From: Cladosporium halotolerans
Lineage: Eukaryota
DNA: 64,000 bases
Direction: 5' to 3'
Assembly (NCBI RefSeq): GCF_011745625.1
Contig: NW_027191462.1
Coordinates: forward strand, 248,001 to 312,000
Shown: piece by piece, positions 44,781 to 56,199 of the stretch
How positions within the stretch are numbered: position 1 is the stretch's first letter
How the letters are laid out: each line of letters starts with the position of its first letter
Notes under the pieces: model-generated
The model's database searches: none
What the model was told of the DNA's origin: nothing
Seen by the model: only the letters and a program-made list of their open reading frames with translations
Program-made: the position numbers and the translations under genes

Positions 44781-46976
44781 ATGACCTCGCGCAAGCATGG
44801 CTTGATGCGCATCTTCTGGCCTTCTGATGCGCCGAGAGATCCGCTTCCCGGCGTGTTGGTGGGATGGCGCAACTCGGAGCTGGATGTACTGGTGATTGGG
44901 ATACTTCAGGGTGTTGATGCCCGCAATGTCGAGCACGCGCTGCGCATGCGCACGCTCTTCCGTGGGAGTCCTCACCCGATTGAGAATATTCTGGAGCGCT
45001 GTGGTAATCAGGTGCCACAAGTGCTGGGCACCATCAATGGGCCTGCACGGCAGAACGGTTTCGACCCAAAAATGCTCTCGCTGCAAACAGTGAAGAAAAG
45101 CAAAATCCCAAGGGTAGAATGTTCGTCAGATGCTGGCGTTACTCTTCAGATCATTGCCTTCGACCGCCCGGATCCGAAGAATATGCAATATCTGTCACTC
45201 ACGCCGATCTCGCTAGCCTTAGGAGACAAGCGAAGTGCATACGGAAGCGTGCCTCCCTTTGACAGGATTGATCAAGACGAGGAGCTTGAGCGGAAAAGAA
45301 AAGAGAAACTGGCCGAGAAGCTCAAATTGCATACTGTGGTACGACATCCGCCCACCCAGAAAGAGTTGGCGCTCCCTACGATCATCACTCAGATCAATTG
45401 TTCTGCCGAGATCGAGGCTCTGATGCAGAAAAACATTGGTTTGGTGGGAGTCAGAGTGAAACGCCATCTGAGCGTTAGTGAGCGAATGGCAGAGTCTGCT
45501 GCGAACCTTCAACAGTTTGTGATACTCTGGATCAAGTCGGCGTTTGTCCACTACATCTGGCCGTTTGCATCGCAGCTGTTCATACTAGGGCTCATGATGC
45601 AACGCGTTGCGGCCGAGGGTATTATTCAGCTTCTCGATTGGCGACCAATCCCGGACTCCGCAGCCTTGAAGGACATCTCCGCTACTGCTCAGCAGGTTGA
45701 CATACGCTTGCAACAATTTTGCTACTGGCCTGCGCAATACATTACGCTCCAGCGTCGACGAAGTGAATGGGATAGCATTACCAACAGCCATCCGGAATAC
45801 ATACGCTTCTTCAACAGTCTGTGGCTGGTCGCTAATGACATTATCATCGGCATCGCTCTCGGATCATACATCATTGAAAACGCCGACTATGTGGGTGCAC
45901 AAGTCAACCATCTCGTCAATGCATACGCAGTGGAAGGACTCCAGCGTGTCATAACATGGCTGATGGGCTGGCCTGCCGGCCTCAAGCTCAACACAGAGCT
46001 TGCCAAGTTCCTTGGTGATCTATTCCTATGGGTTATAGATTATTGGGCCAGCGTGATGAGCCAGCTTCAACCGGCTCTTCCACACATCATACGATTCATT
46101 GGGCTTAGCAGCTTCGCTGGTGCCAGCCTTCCAATATCGATGTTTTCCGACCTCGTCTCGCTCCTCACGATGCACATCTACAGCTTCTACATCGCATCTG
46201 CTCGCATCTACAACTGGCAGTTGACGATCATCATCTCGCTCTTCCACCTGTTCCGAGGCAAAAAGCGAAATGTTCTCCGCAACCGCATTGACAGCTGCGA
46301 TTATGATCTCGACCAGCTCCTCCTAGGCACCATCCTGTTCACACTATTGTTCTTCCTCCTCCCAACCGTCGCGGTCTTCTACACCACATTCGCCGGCGCC
46401 CGCATGGCCATCATCTTCCTCAAAGCGGCGCTCGACACATGGCTCGCCTGCCTGAACCACTTCCCCCTGTTCGCTCTCATGCTCCGAATCAAAGATTCCC
46501 GCCGTCTACCCGGCGGCATCCGCTTCGAGCTCTGCGACACGCCAGCAACACACCTCACACCGCCGTCACCAAGCGGCGACGAGTCAATTCCCGAGCCCTT
46601 CAACGCCCCAACCTCCCACATCCTCCTGCGCTCCATTCCCCTCCCGCTCAGCCACACTTTCACCCAATACGCGCACCTCACCCACCGCCTCCGCAAACAC
46701 TACCTCTCGCCCCGCGTCTTCCTGTGCCTCGTCTCCGGCCAGTTCGTCCCGCCCATCCACAGGAAGAACCTCTACAGCTTGCAGTACTCCATGCTGCCGG
46801 CGCGGAGAGTGGGTGTGGGAGAGCTGTGGCGCCTACTTGCGGAGGACGGGCCTTCGCAGAACGTGGAGAAGGCGAACGGAGTTAATGGGCTGGCTGTGGG
46901 GCCTCAGCAGGGGAAGAGGCTGCAGGGGCGTGGGAAGGGTGTTGGGGTTGGTGGGGGGTATTGGTGGAGTCGGTAG
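44781..46976 (+). CDS. GPI1: GPI-GlcNAc transferase subunit Gpi1 (PIG-Q)
   Basis: MRIFWP start region, SATAQQVDIRLQQFCYWP, WLMGWPAGLKLN and LFRGKKRNVLRNRIDSCDYDLDQLLLGTILFT. Confidence 0.94.
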   Translation: MTSRKHGLMRIFWPSDAPRDPLPGVLVGWRNSELDVLVIGILQGVDARNVEHALRMRTLFRGSPHPIENILERCGNQVPQVLGTINGPARQNGFDPKMLSLQTVKKSKIPRVECSSDAGVTLQIIAFDRPDPKNMQYLSLTPISLALGDKRSAYGSVPPFDRIDQDEELERKRKEKLAEKLKLHTVVRHPPTQKELALPTIITQINCSAEIEALMQKNIGLVGVRVKRHLSVSERMAESAANLQQFVILWIKSAFVHYIWPFASQLFILGLMMQRVAAEGIIQLLDWRPIPDSAALKDISATAQQVDIRLQQFCYWPAQYITLQRRRSEWDSITNSHPEYIRFFNSLWLVANDIIIGIALGSYIIENADYVGAQVNHLVNAYAVEGLQRVITWLMGWPAGLKLNTELAKFLGDLFLWVIDYWASVMSQLQPALPHIIRFIGLSSFAGASLPISMFSDLVSLLTMHIYSFYIASARIYNWQLTIIISLFHLFRGKKRNVLRNRIDSCDYDLDQLLLGTILFTLLFFLLPTVAVFYTTFAGARMAIIFLKAALDTWLACLNHFPLFALMLRIKDSRRLPGGIRFELCDTPATHLTPPSPSGDESIPEPFNAPTSHILLRSIPLPLSHTFTQYAHLTHRLRKHYLSPRVFLCLVSGQFVPPIHRKNLYSLQYSMLPARRVGVGELWRLLAEDGPSQNVEKANGVNGLAVGPQQGKRLQGRGKGVGVGGGYWWSR

Positions 46977-47217
46977 GAGGTGAGGAGAGGGCACGCTGAA
47001 TAGACGCGTGGAGTTCTCATTGCTGGAGGGTCTTTTTGACGGTCATGACGAATTTTCTGTACATAATATAATAATCCTTCCGCACTCGCGAGTGCCCTGT
47101 CGAAGAGTACAGTTCCACCCAAATTCCCTTCCAACCGATGATCTTACAATTTCTCCCGTGCAAAGGAAAGGTACGCCATCCGGCATCCGACTCAAACCAG
47201 TCTACCCAGACCCCACC

Positions 47218-49032
47218 CTAAACGCTCGAAAACACGCACGTCGTCGACCGCCCGCAAACAACCTTCTGCTCAACACTCACCTTCCTCCCATCTCCCAACC
47301 TTGCCGTCGCGCGCGGCGTGATGTGGAACCTGTGCTCCTCGCGCGCGCCCGTGCTCTTCTTCGCGCGCGCCAGCTCCGCCGCGCTGTCCAGCGGCTGGAT
47401 GTACAGGGGCGCGGCGGCGTTGTTGCGCTTGCCCGTGCCGAGCTGGAAGTGCTCGTTGCCGCCCCAGAAGACGACGTCGGCGCCCCAGTTCGTGCTGTCC
47501 GCGCTGCTGGCCGCGCTCACGTTGACTTGCGTGATGTTGCGCATCACGGCCGCGGCGTGCGTGCTGCCGACGCTGAGGGAGGCGAGCCGGATGGGGACCG
47601 TCGTGGAGGTCGCTTCGTCGTATTCGAAGAGGGAGGAGAGGGAGGGGATTTTGGCCGGTGTGCTTTGCACGTGTGTCCAGCGGTTGTTGCCGAGGGAGCC
47701 GGTGATGCCGGTGCCGAGGGCGAAGGTGTCGGCTGTGACGCGGCCGAGGGCGCGGAGTTGGGAGGGGTCGGTTGTGCCGGGGGATGCGGTGCGGGTGGCG
47801 TCGACGGTGAAGTAGGTGTTGGAGCCGCCGGCGTGGATGGAGATTATCTTTGGGGTTTGAGAGGTGCCGGCGTACAGTTTGGCGAGTGGGAGGAGGGAAG
47901 GGGCATCGATGGCGGATGTGTCGGCGGTGGAGTCGAAGCCCAGCTGTCCGGAAGCATTGTCGCCCCATGCGAAGAGGCGGCCTTCGGAGTCGAGAGCGAG
48001 GGAGTGGCGGTCTCCCGCTGCGATGGAAGTGATCGGGAAGCCCTTGAGGGTGGTGATCTCGTGAGGCTGGTCGAAGTCTCCGGCGGGACGAGTAAGCCAG
48101 CTCAAGCCTGGGACGCCGAGTTGACCACGCGAAGGGTAAGTATCGGAGGCAGAAGCGGCAGAGAAGACGCGGCCCTTGGATGTCAAGAGAAGAGAGTGCT
48201 CAAGCCCGCCAGCAATAGAGGTGACGCGCTCAGATCGGGGGAGATCCTTGGGTGTGAGGTCGCGGTAGGCAATGCGACTGGAGGTAGAGACAAAAGGGAT
48301 CCAACTGCTTTCGCTGACTTTGACTCCAGACGCCTGATCGTCGGCAGAGGCAGGGATGCTGTACACACTGCCGTTCTTAGAAAGCGCGATGATGCGGTCC
48401 TTGGAGAGGGTCAAGGAAGTAAGGTTCTTGCCTCTGAGTGTCTCGACGGGCGTCTTGATGTCAGGCGCATATCCTGTGCCCCACTGGAACAGATTTCCTT
48501 GCTCGTCGATAGCGGCACCAAAGTTACGGTCCATCCGAATATCTCTCAGTAGCTTTCCGTCAAAGAAGGCTATCCGTCTGGGCGTCTTGATGTTGGTTTC
48601 GTTGCGGTCCGGTGCGACAACTCTGCCGGAATTGCTGCCCCATGCATACACTCCAGGATTCTCCCATGATCGCTTGACTTGCAGGTGCTGACTCGAGATG
48701 AGATCCCTATTCTCTTCCGTGCTGACTCCCTGCTTCTTCCTCGATTCCTCGAACACTAAAGGGTTCTGCTCTTCCTGTGGTGGTGCTTCTGCGTTGACGG
48801 TGCGAACAAGTTGGCCGTCCTTGATGTAGAACTGTGACACAGTGGCTAGGCCTCCAGCGGCAGCGATGGCTAATAATGAGCGGGACAACTGCTGCTGTTT
48901 CCGGTTTGCGCGCACTCGGTATGCGGCGGTCGCTGTGGTTGCTGACTGGGCATTCTGGTTCAGAATGTTCGCTCTGGTCGAAGAAGCTCTACAGCATCGC
49001 GGAACTGCACGAGGCGCGGCGCGAGAAAGCAT
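47218..49032 (-). CDS. FMP25: Mitochondrial RCC1-repeat protein Fmp25
   Basis: Presequence and TM segment, SWENPGVYAWGSN, and RCC1 repeats (IAGGLEHSLLL, IAAGDRHSLAL, WGDNASGQLG, WGGNEHFQLGTG). Confidence 0.85.
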   Translation of the reverse strand: MLSRAAPRAVPRCCRASSTRANILNQNAQSATTATAAYRVRANRKQQQLSRSLLAIAAAGGLATVSQFYIKDGQLVRTVNAEAPPQEEQNPLVFEESRKKQGVSTEENRDLISSQHLQVKRSWENPGVYAWGSNSGRVVAPDRNETNIKTPRRIAFFDGKLLRDIRMDRNFGAAIDEQGNLFQWGTGYAPDIKTPVETLRGKNLTSLTLSKDRIIALSKNGSVYSIPASADDQASGVKVSESSWIPFVSTSSRIAYRDLTPKDLPRSERVTSIAGGLEHSLLLTSKGRVFSAASASDTYPSRGQLGVPGLSWLTRPAGDFDQPHEITTLKGFPITSIAAGDRHSLALDSEGRLFAWGDNASGQLGFDSTADTSAIDAPSLLPLAKLYAGTSQTPKIISIHAGGSNTYFTVDATRTASPGTTDPSQLRALGRVTADTFALGTGITGSLGNNRWTHVQSTPAKIPSLSSLFEYDEATSTTVPIRLASLSVGSTHAAAVMRNITQVNVSAASSADSTNWGADVVFWGGNEHFQLGTGKRNNAAAPLYIQPLDSAAELARAKKSTGAREEHRFHITPRATARLGDGRKVSVEQKVVCGRSTTCVFSSV

Positions 49033-49384
49033 CTTGGAAGGTCGTTTTCAAGCGCGAAGTAACAATGATCGCAGTCAATTACCACTTCACCAGTAGTAGG
49101 TTGTATGTTTCGAGACTCGGCGGGTTGATGCTCGTCTAGACGGCCTCCACAGACCAATGGACAGCTCGAGAACGTCATCACTAGACGCGCTAAGATCTCG
49201 AAAGTCGGCCGGCGGATCTGCCTCCATCTCCGAGCCAGGGTCTGCATACTGACGCCTCCGCCCAGTCTCCCCACTACGCACTGTTGCCTTTCGCGGACAC
49301 GCAGCACTGCGGGACGCCGACGGATAGACCGCATCAACACGATCACGTCCCAAAATCGACCTCGGGACATGGCAAGGAAACGCC

Positions 49385-52078
49385 ATGGATGACGCTTGGT
49401 TCCACGACTACACCAATGTGCGCGCACAGCAACAACCGGCTAGCGAAAGACCGGCTACGCACAAACGCCGGTCCTCTTTGCTCCAGCAGCCAGTAAGCCC
49501 ACCTTGATTGACTACCTGCTTGCCGCATTGGTATGTCGTTATTTGTCCGATCTATTCTGATCTCACTCGCCAGGCCGATAACAAGGCTGATGTCGTCGTA
49601 GAGCCTATCGTCGAAGCAAATGAAGACGAGCAAGATCCCTGGCGTATAGGTCCCCCGCAAGCAACCGTAGCCAGGAGGGCCCAGAGCTACTCGGATTTCT
49701 ACCATGTTGTGACGGAGTTCGCTGCGAAAGAAGATACACTTCAAAGGAAAGGAAGCTTGGATGCGTCGGCGCAGCAAGAGAGTTCGGCGGGGACAGAGCT
49801 AGGGTTCGAAGATGATTTCGCGACATTGGAGGATCACTTGCTGGACGAGAGCCACGCTCACTACGACCGATATGCCGAGGAATTGCTGCTTACAGAGTCT
49901 CAATTAGGAGGCCTGCTGTCTTCCACAGATGACACTCTGGAGCTTCTGTCAAGCTTGTCAGCTTCCTTCGAGGCCGTTGCAGCGCAGACCGAAGCATTCC
50001 GCCAACAATGCGAGTCCTTGGTGACTGAACGCCGACGCTTGACTGGCCTTGCGGACGCGATCGAGGACAACGCCCGCTATTACACCTACCTCGAGCCTAT
50101 GACACGGCGACTCAATGCACCGGGCGCAGCAAATCTGGTTAAAGGAAAGGACTTCCCTGAGATGCTTTCCAGTCTGGATAGCTGTCTGGTGTACATGGAG
50201 GGTCATCCCAAGCAGCTGGAGAGCGCAACATATCGCGCCAAATACAGGCTTCTCTTGACAAGAGGCCTCACCTTGATCCGCCACCACTTCACTCGGACCT
50301 TGGGAGACATCGCCAATGATATTGCCCAGCGCATCCAAGGCGGCCAGCTCAAAGAGACCACGCATTCAGCTTTGCTCTACGCCAAGTTCCGGGTCCCAGC
50401 CCCGGAGATGAAGTCGCTGGGTGTGGAGATTCAGAAGCGTGCTGTGCCAACTCCAGACGACGTCGACGCTGAGCGCGAACCGGAGTATGCAGGTCTCATG
50501 CGCGAGCTGTACCAATCGTATTCTACGACACGCGGTCGGCTCATCCTGCCACTCGTCAGCAGGAAAATGGCCGAGGTTGCTTCGACACCACAGCAGAGCG
50601 ACGTCCTTGCCTTTTCCAAATCCGCCATTAGCTTCATGCGTGGAATTTGTTTAGATGAGCACGAGCTTTGGTTCGAGTGGTTTGAGAGCGATGGGGCGCT
50701 CTACGACTTTTTGGAAAGTTTGATGGAGCCAATGTACGACTATTTGCGACCTCGCACAATTCACGAGACGAAGCTGGAGAAGCTCTGTGAGCTCTGCGCG
50801 ACAATACAAGCACGTTACATGGACGTTGACGCGGATGATGATGACGACGACTCGGATGTTGCAAGCAGCGTCATGAGCCCAAACGCCAATGGCAAGTACA
50901 ATACGGCGAGGAAACTGGACTTTGCCAGCCTGGTACAACCCGCATTGGAAGATGCACAGACTAGACTCGTCTTCTTAGCACTCGGCGTGCTGAGAGATGG
51001 AATTGAAAACTACAAAGCCCAGACAAAAGACCTCGAATGGCCCAAGCCCAACGCCACGACTGCCAACGGGCACAAGAGGGGGCCTGTCTTGTCCGGTCGG
51101 CGAACATCTGCCACGAAGACACCTAAGTCTCCTAATGTTGACGCCGAGAATTCTGACGACGCGGAGAGCATGTTCTCTACCGCGCTGAACTCCCACTCGA
51201 CATCCTCGCATGGCAAGAAGGACTGGTACCCGACCCTGCCCAAGGCTCTCTGGCTGCTTCGCCGCATCTACCGCCTCGTCCACAGCAGCGTCTTCGATGA
51301 CCTCGCCCACCGCATCGTCCATTCGACCACCCTATCTCTCATGTCCGCCTCCCACCAAATCTCCTCCAAGACCTCATCCCCCGCAAACGGGCAGCTCTTC
51401 CTCCTCACCCACCTCCTACACCTCAAGCAGCAAATCGTCGCCTTCGACATCGAATTCGTACCCCCGGAGGTCGAGTTCGACTTCAGCTCCGTCACAAACA
51501 CCTTCTACGAGCTCCGTGACCGCGGCACCCTCTGGAACCCAACCAGCTGGTACCGCCTCGTCTCCGGCGCCGTCGGCGGCGGCCTGCTCCCGCGCGTCGT
51601 CGAGAACATGTTCGACGCCAAGGCCGAGCTCGACGGCCAGCTGCGCGCCGTCATCAACGACTACGTCAACGCGTCCGCCGCGCACATCCTCGCGCCGCTG
51701 TCCCCGGAGTCCGTCGCCGCGGGCAGCAAGCCGGGCGTCAAGGACGAGGACCGCTTCGACGCTCTCAAGGCTGTGCGGACGGTGCGCGGGCTCGCGGAGA
51801 GGAACGCGCCGCTGCTGAGGGTGAAGCTGGAGGAGTTTTTGGCGGATGATCGCAGGACGCTGGAGACTTTGGTCATGGCTGTGCGGGACCAGGTTGTGCT
51901 GGGGTACGAGGAGTTCTTCGACGGATGGATTGAGCAGCAAGGGGGCGAGAGGAAGGTCAGTCGCAAGGGCAAGGGGAGGGAGTCGGATGTGCTTGGGCCG
52001 GAGGTGTTTGGGGAGATTGTCGGCAGGGTCTTTGAGATCAAGGCGCTGGACGAAGTGGGTGATGGTGATGGTTCTTGA
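49385..52078 (+). CDS. COG3: Conserved oligomeric Golgi complex subunit 3 (Sec34)
   Basis: Exon 1 49385-49492 (MDDAWF...HKRRSSLLQQP) and intron 49493-49573. Motifs: YLEPMTRRLN, ALLYAKF, LEDAQTRLVF, WYPTL, HLLHLKQQIVAFDI. Confidence 0.92.
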
Positions 52079-53112
52079 GTTGTTGGCGGCTCCGAGGGAG
52101 ACGGAGTGGGCCAGCATGCAGACTTTTCACATCACAAGAGGAAATAGCATCAAAACATTTGCCTTGCCAACTCTATCATATGGCTCGCCGTCTTCTTGCC
52201 GAAGTTCGTGTGCCAATACACTGCATTGACGTGTTTCTCATTGCCTCTTCACAGATCAAGACGGTAACTCGTACGTCGAGGCGATGTGAAGAGTTTCGAT
52301 GTACAACATACTCTCGATGTAGCGTACTTACAGTCCAGACCTCTCCCTATATGCTCTATGTACAAGAGTCTCTATCATCGCTAACTCACATATTCACTCT
52401 CTACTTGCGAGCGAACGTTTTGCAGATCCAAGTAGTTTCCAGTAGGCCATTCTATGCCAACCTCCTCTCCCTGCCACATGCCGTTGTTCTGATACCTGAC
52501 GCGCACATGCCGCTATACCGAGACACGGCGATCGCAGCCGGCAGCAGACCACGGTTCGCATCCTCAACAGCATATGGCCAGATGTAGTGAAGAGCCAGGG
52601 CAACGTTTGCCGGCATCATCAGGCCGCATACACGCAACCGCGAGTCATGCGGCCGTACCCCTGCCCCTGGCCATGAGCAGCAGCAGCCGGGGATGCTGCG
52701 AAAGCAAGCAAGCATCTTCGTCGCCCGAAGCGAGCGCGCAGTAGTTTGCAGGCCCTGAGTAACCCCCGACGCACCTGGCATGCGAACCGTGTCTCCCATG
52801 TGCAGCGTCAGCGAGGTGTAGCTTTCGCCTGCGGCACGTCGGCCGCGCCGAAAAGGGTGCTCGTTCGTGGTCGCATTCGGCAACATGGGCAAGGCGGGAG
52901 TCGCATGTCGTAGCGGTTTGCTTGCCTGTGCTGCAGGATGACTGCCGAAGCTTTGCGGGCGTGGTCTGACGCGGAGCTTCAGGAGGTAGGTACCTCATGT
53001 AGCGCGCAGTCTTGGCAATGGAACGAAGCATCTCTAGGTTCGCGTCCTAGCGTGCACTTCCTGATATGTCGAGAACGGCGATCGATCGAGCGAGCGGACA
53101 GCGGGAGGAGTT

Positions 53113-54078
53113 TCACGTGTCGCTCTCGACGATGTCCTCGCTGCGGCAGACCTCGCGGTTGGGCAGAAGGCGGTCCGCCTTTTCCTGCCGCATCGTCTCT
53201 ACGTCGTCCGACGAGATGCCCATGGTGGCCTCGCGGTTGCGGAGGAACCACTGGATGCGCTCGTCGCGGCCGCGCATCCCTTGCACGTCCTGCTTGACCT
53301 TGCGGAGCTCCTTCGCGGCGCGGTCGTGCACGATGTCCCGCTGCTCGACGAAGCTTTGGCCCGCGTCCTGCGCGCGAGAGTAGTTCGCCGAGCTGCCCAT
53401 CAGCGCCAGGAAGGCGATGAGCATGATGAAGTAGCTGTTTTGCATGTAAAGCGGAGATTGCTTCTCGCGCCTGACGCCCATGGCTTCGTCTTCGCAGCGT
53501 TCTCGCCATCGCTCCCAATCCTCCCATGTGGCATTCTGCCATACCGGATCGGACGGATTTCGCCAGTTCTGGTTGAACGGGCCACCGGCGTTGCTCCCTC
53601 TTTCCGCGGCGTCCGCTCTACCATCCCAGCCGGAGCCCAGGCGGTCGTACGCACTTCTCTTCGCCGGGTCGGACAGGATGCTGTTCGCCGCGACCACCAG
53701 TCTGTACCGCTCGGTCCTCATCTCGTGTGACATGCTGTCGCTACTGTGTCCGTTCTTATCAGGGTGATAGAGTTTGACGAGCTGGTAGAAGCGAGTCTTG
53801 CTATAGGCCTCGTTCTTCTTCAGCGCGAAGATCTGGTACGGCGTGGGACACTTGTGCCCTTTGGGCGGCATGGGCCATTCATGTCCGCCAAATGCACTGC
53901 CCTCTTCCCCGCCGCCGCTCACAGTTGCGTATTTCCTCGACGTGCTTCGTGGACATTGTTGCTGTCGCGTGCCTGCGTTCCACCGCGGTGATGACGTCGA
54001 CGACTTCGCCTGCGCAGCAGACAGAGAGGAGAGGCTGCCGCAGGTTGTGGACAGGAGGATGGGTTTTCGAGTCAACAT
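53113..54078 (-). CDS. JID1: Mitochondrial J-domain protein (Jid1-like)
   Basis: Start MLTRKPILLS (presequence-like), PTPYQIF, KLYHPD, ILSDPAKRSAYD, NATWEDW and a C-terminal TM helix. Confidence 0.75.
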   Translation of the reverse strand: MLTRKPILLSTTCGSLSSLSAAQAKSSTSSPRWNAGTRQQQCPRSTSRKYATVSGGGEEGSAFGGHEWPMPPKGHKCPTPYQIFALKKNEAYSKTRFYQLVKLYHPDKNGHSSDSMSHEMRTERYRLVVAANSILSDPAKRSAYDRLGSGWDGRADAAERGSNAGGPFNQNWRNPSDPVWQNATWEDWERWRERCEDEAMGVRREKQSPLYMQNSYFIMLIAFLALMGSSANYSRAQDAGQSFVEQRDIVHDRAAKELRKVKQDVQGMRGRDERIQWFLRNREATMGISSDDVETMRQEKADRLLPNREVCRSEDIVESDT

Positions 54079-54440
54079 CGCCGTGGATGAGAGAGGATAG
54101 TGGGCATCGTGCTTGCGCAAAGGGCGGGTAAAAGGCAGCGAGGGGCGATGATCGATGAGGCGGAATGAGCGTGTATGCGGCCTCTGTGCTGTCGCACTCC
54201 CGCGTGCGAACCCGGCCTGGCGGGGGATCTGATTAGATTGCGAGATCGGAGGGCCCACTTTTTTGTGTACTTGCTTCACTTGTTGGCGACGCAACAAACG
54301 ATCCCACGCCTTTTGGCAGGGAATTGATTCCACTCGAAACAGGTAACGCGGCCGGCCAGCTTCAGGCGGACTTGCAAGTGACGGCATATGCGTAAACATA
54401 CCATGCATCATAACATTCGCGACACACATATTCCACCATA

Positions 54441-55695
54441 ATGCCGTTCGATCCAGGGTCCGGGCTGGTCTTCACTGAAACGATCGTCGAGGGACCCTTT
54501 CATCGCCCATCACGAGATCAACTGACACGATGCGTCGGTACGCCGCCGACATACAGCCCTCCAGAAAAGGGCACAGAAACGCTAGTCTCTATCGCAATGC
54601 GTAGCATCCTTCACAACCTGGATAATATCGACTCGGAATCGCTCAGCACAATCCCATCCATCCTGCTCGAACAGATATGGAAAGCAGTCCAGCGCTCGTG
54701 AGTAGTCCTCCAGATCCGAACTGCCAAGCGCAACCTTTCACTAACATCCCCCAAGCCAACTAGACAGCCTCCTCCTCTGGCAACTCTTCGCGCAAACCCC
54801 CATCGGCACACGCAGCATGGTCAAAACGCACGCCGTGCGCGCAGTCGACATCGACCGCGCGCTCGCCCTCTCCCCCCACCCGACCGCCGCCTGGCTCACG
54901 ACCCTCGAAATCACCTCCGCCTCCATCCCCGCCACGGCCCTCGCCTCCGCCGCCTCCCTCCCCAACCTCCGCCACTTCCACATGGCGACCTCTCACCAGA
55001 CCCCGCGAGACGAGGGCTTCACGGACCGCACGCTGAAGTCCTGGGCCGAGCAGGCGGCCACCGCCGGCGCCTTCGCGCGCCTCCGCACCATCTTCCTGTA
55101 CTTCCAGGGCGGCGTGTCGCGCTGGTCGCTCGCGCACCTGGCCGCCTTTCCCGCGCTCGACGAGTTCTGCGCGTACCGCTGCCGCGTGCGCAGGCACCGC
55201 TTCCGCGCGCCGGAGGGGTGGGCGGAGAGGCCTGAGTGAGTCTCTGCCCTATGTCCGATTTCCCGATCTTCGAAAAGAAAGGAGGGACCAGAAACCGACC
55301 TTGTTCAGTTGCTGACCCTTCTCGACAGCGATAGTTTCGTCGCTTTCCAGCGCGCCTCGAAGCGGCACAGGAGCTCCAGCTACGGCGGCGCGCTGAACGT
55401 GCCGCTGTGGGACGACGCGGTCGCCGACTACTTGCACGGGCAGGCGGCGAGGTCGGAGGATCCGCTGGATGGTCGGCCGGTGCTGCGCGTGGTGGCGCGG
55501 GATAACGACAGCGGGTGGAAGCGGCTGGTGGATTTGGACAGGGTGGTTTGTTTGAAGAGGGTTTGGGGGAGGGAGGCGGTGGGGCAGGTGGGTGGAGAGC
55601 GGGAGGTGGTGGGGAGTGGAGGGGATAGGCCTGTGGTGAAGAAGCGGAGGGTGGTGTTTGATGGGGCGGATTTGAGTGAGATGATGGCGGGGTGA
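54441..55695 (+). CDS. Hypothetical protein with LRR-like segments
   Basis: Exons 54441-54697, 54756-55235 and 55329-55695. Motifs: LVSIAMRSIL..L...IWK, WLTTLEI, LPNLRHFHM, FARLRTIFL, FPALDEF. Confidence 0.65.
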
Positions 55696-56199
55696 GGGAG
55701 GGTGGTCTGCTGGAAAGCGATATGTTTATGTCACGCAGGGGTTTGGACGTCAGCTGGGGAGGGAGACAGTACCTCTCCACTGAAGCTGACGAGTATTAGC
55801 TTCCGTCTTTGGTAATGCGTTCCGTCCAATGAAAGCTTGCGTTGGTCTTCAACAGATTTCCTTTTTCCCCTTTCAAGTTGAGCGATGGAAGCCGGGAGAG
55901 AACACCATCATCGACGAATAACTACCACATACAGGCATGGTATATTGGAAGCAGACGGAAGACGAGTGTTTTTCAAATTTGTTTTGCAATTCAGCAGGCA
56001 AAGCCATCAGCGCTTGACAGGCCTTGGTTGTTCCCGCGTTAATTTGGTATATAGATTCTCATCCGGTCATGCCCGCATCGCTCGCGAGCGTCAGTCAAAA
56101 ACAATTCCCTAGGATTTCCCCCCCATAACCCATACTCCAGTAGTCTATGCTATTCGTGGTGTAGATCCGACATGAAAGGCTTGCTTAAAAGATAACGCT

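Noticed and set aside
47008..48552. Long antisense ORFs (514 aa here; also 60748-61920, 33499-34707, 20903-21904, 56398-57036)
   Set aside because: They are shadows of GC3-rich real genes on the opposite strand.
49157..49252. 31-codon ORF between FMP25 and COG3
   Set aside because: It lies in a bidirectional promoter, has no features and is of chance length.
52100..53100. ORFs between COG3 and the J-protein gene
   Set aside because: No coding bias or motifs. Consistent with convergent 3' UTRs.
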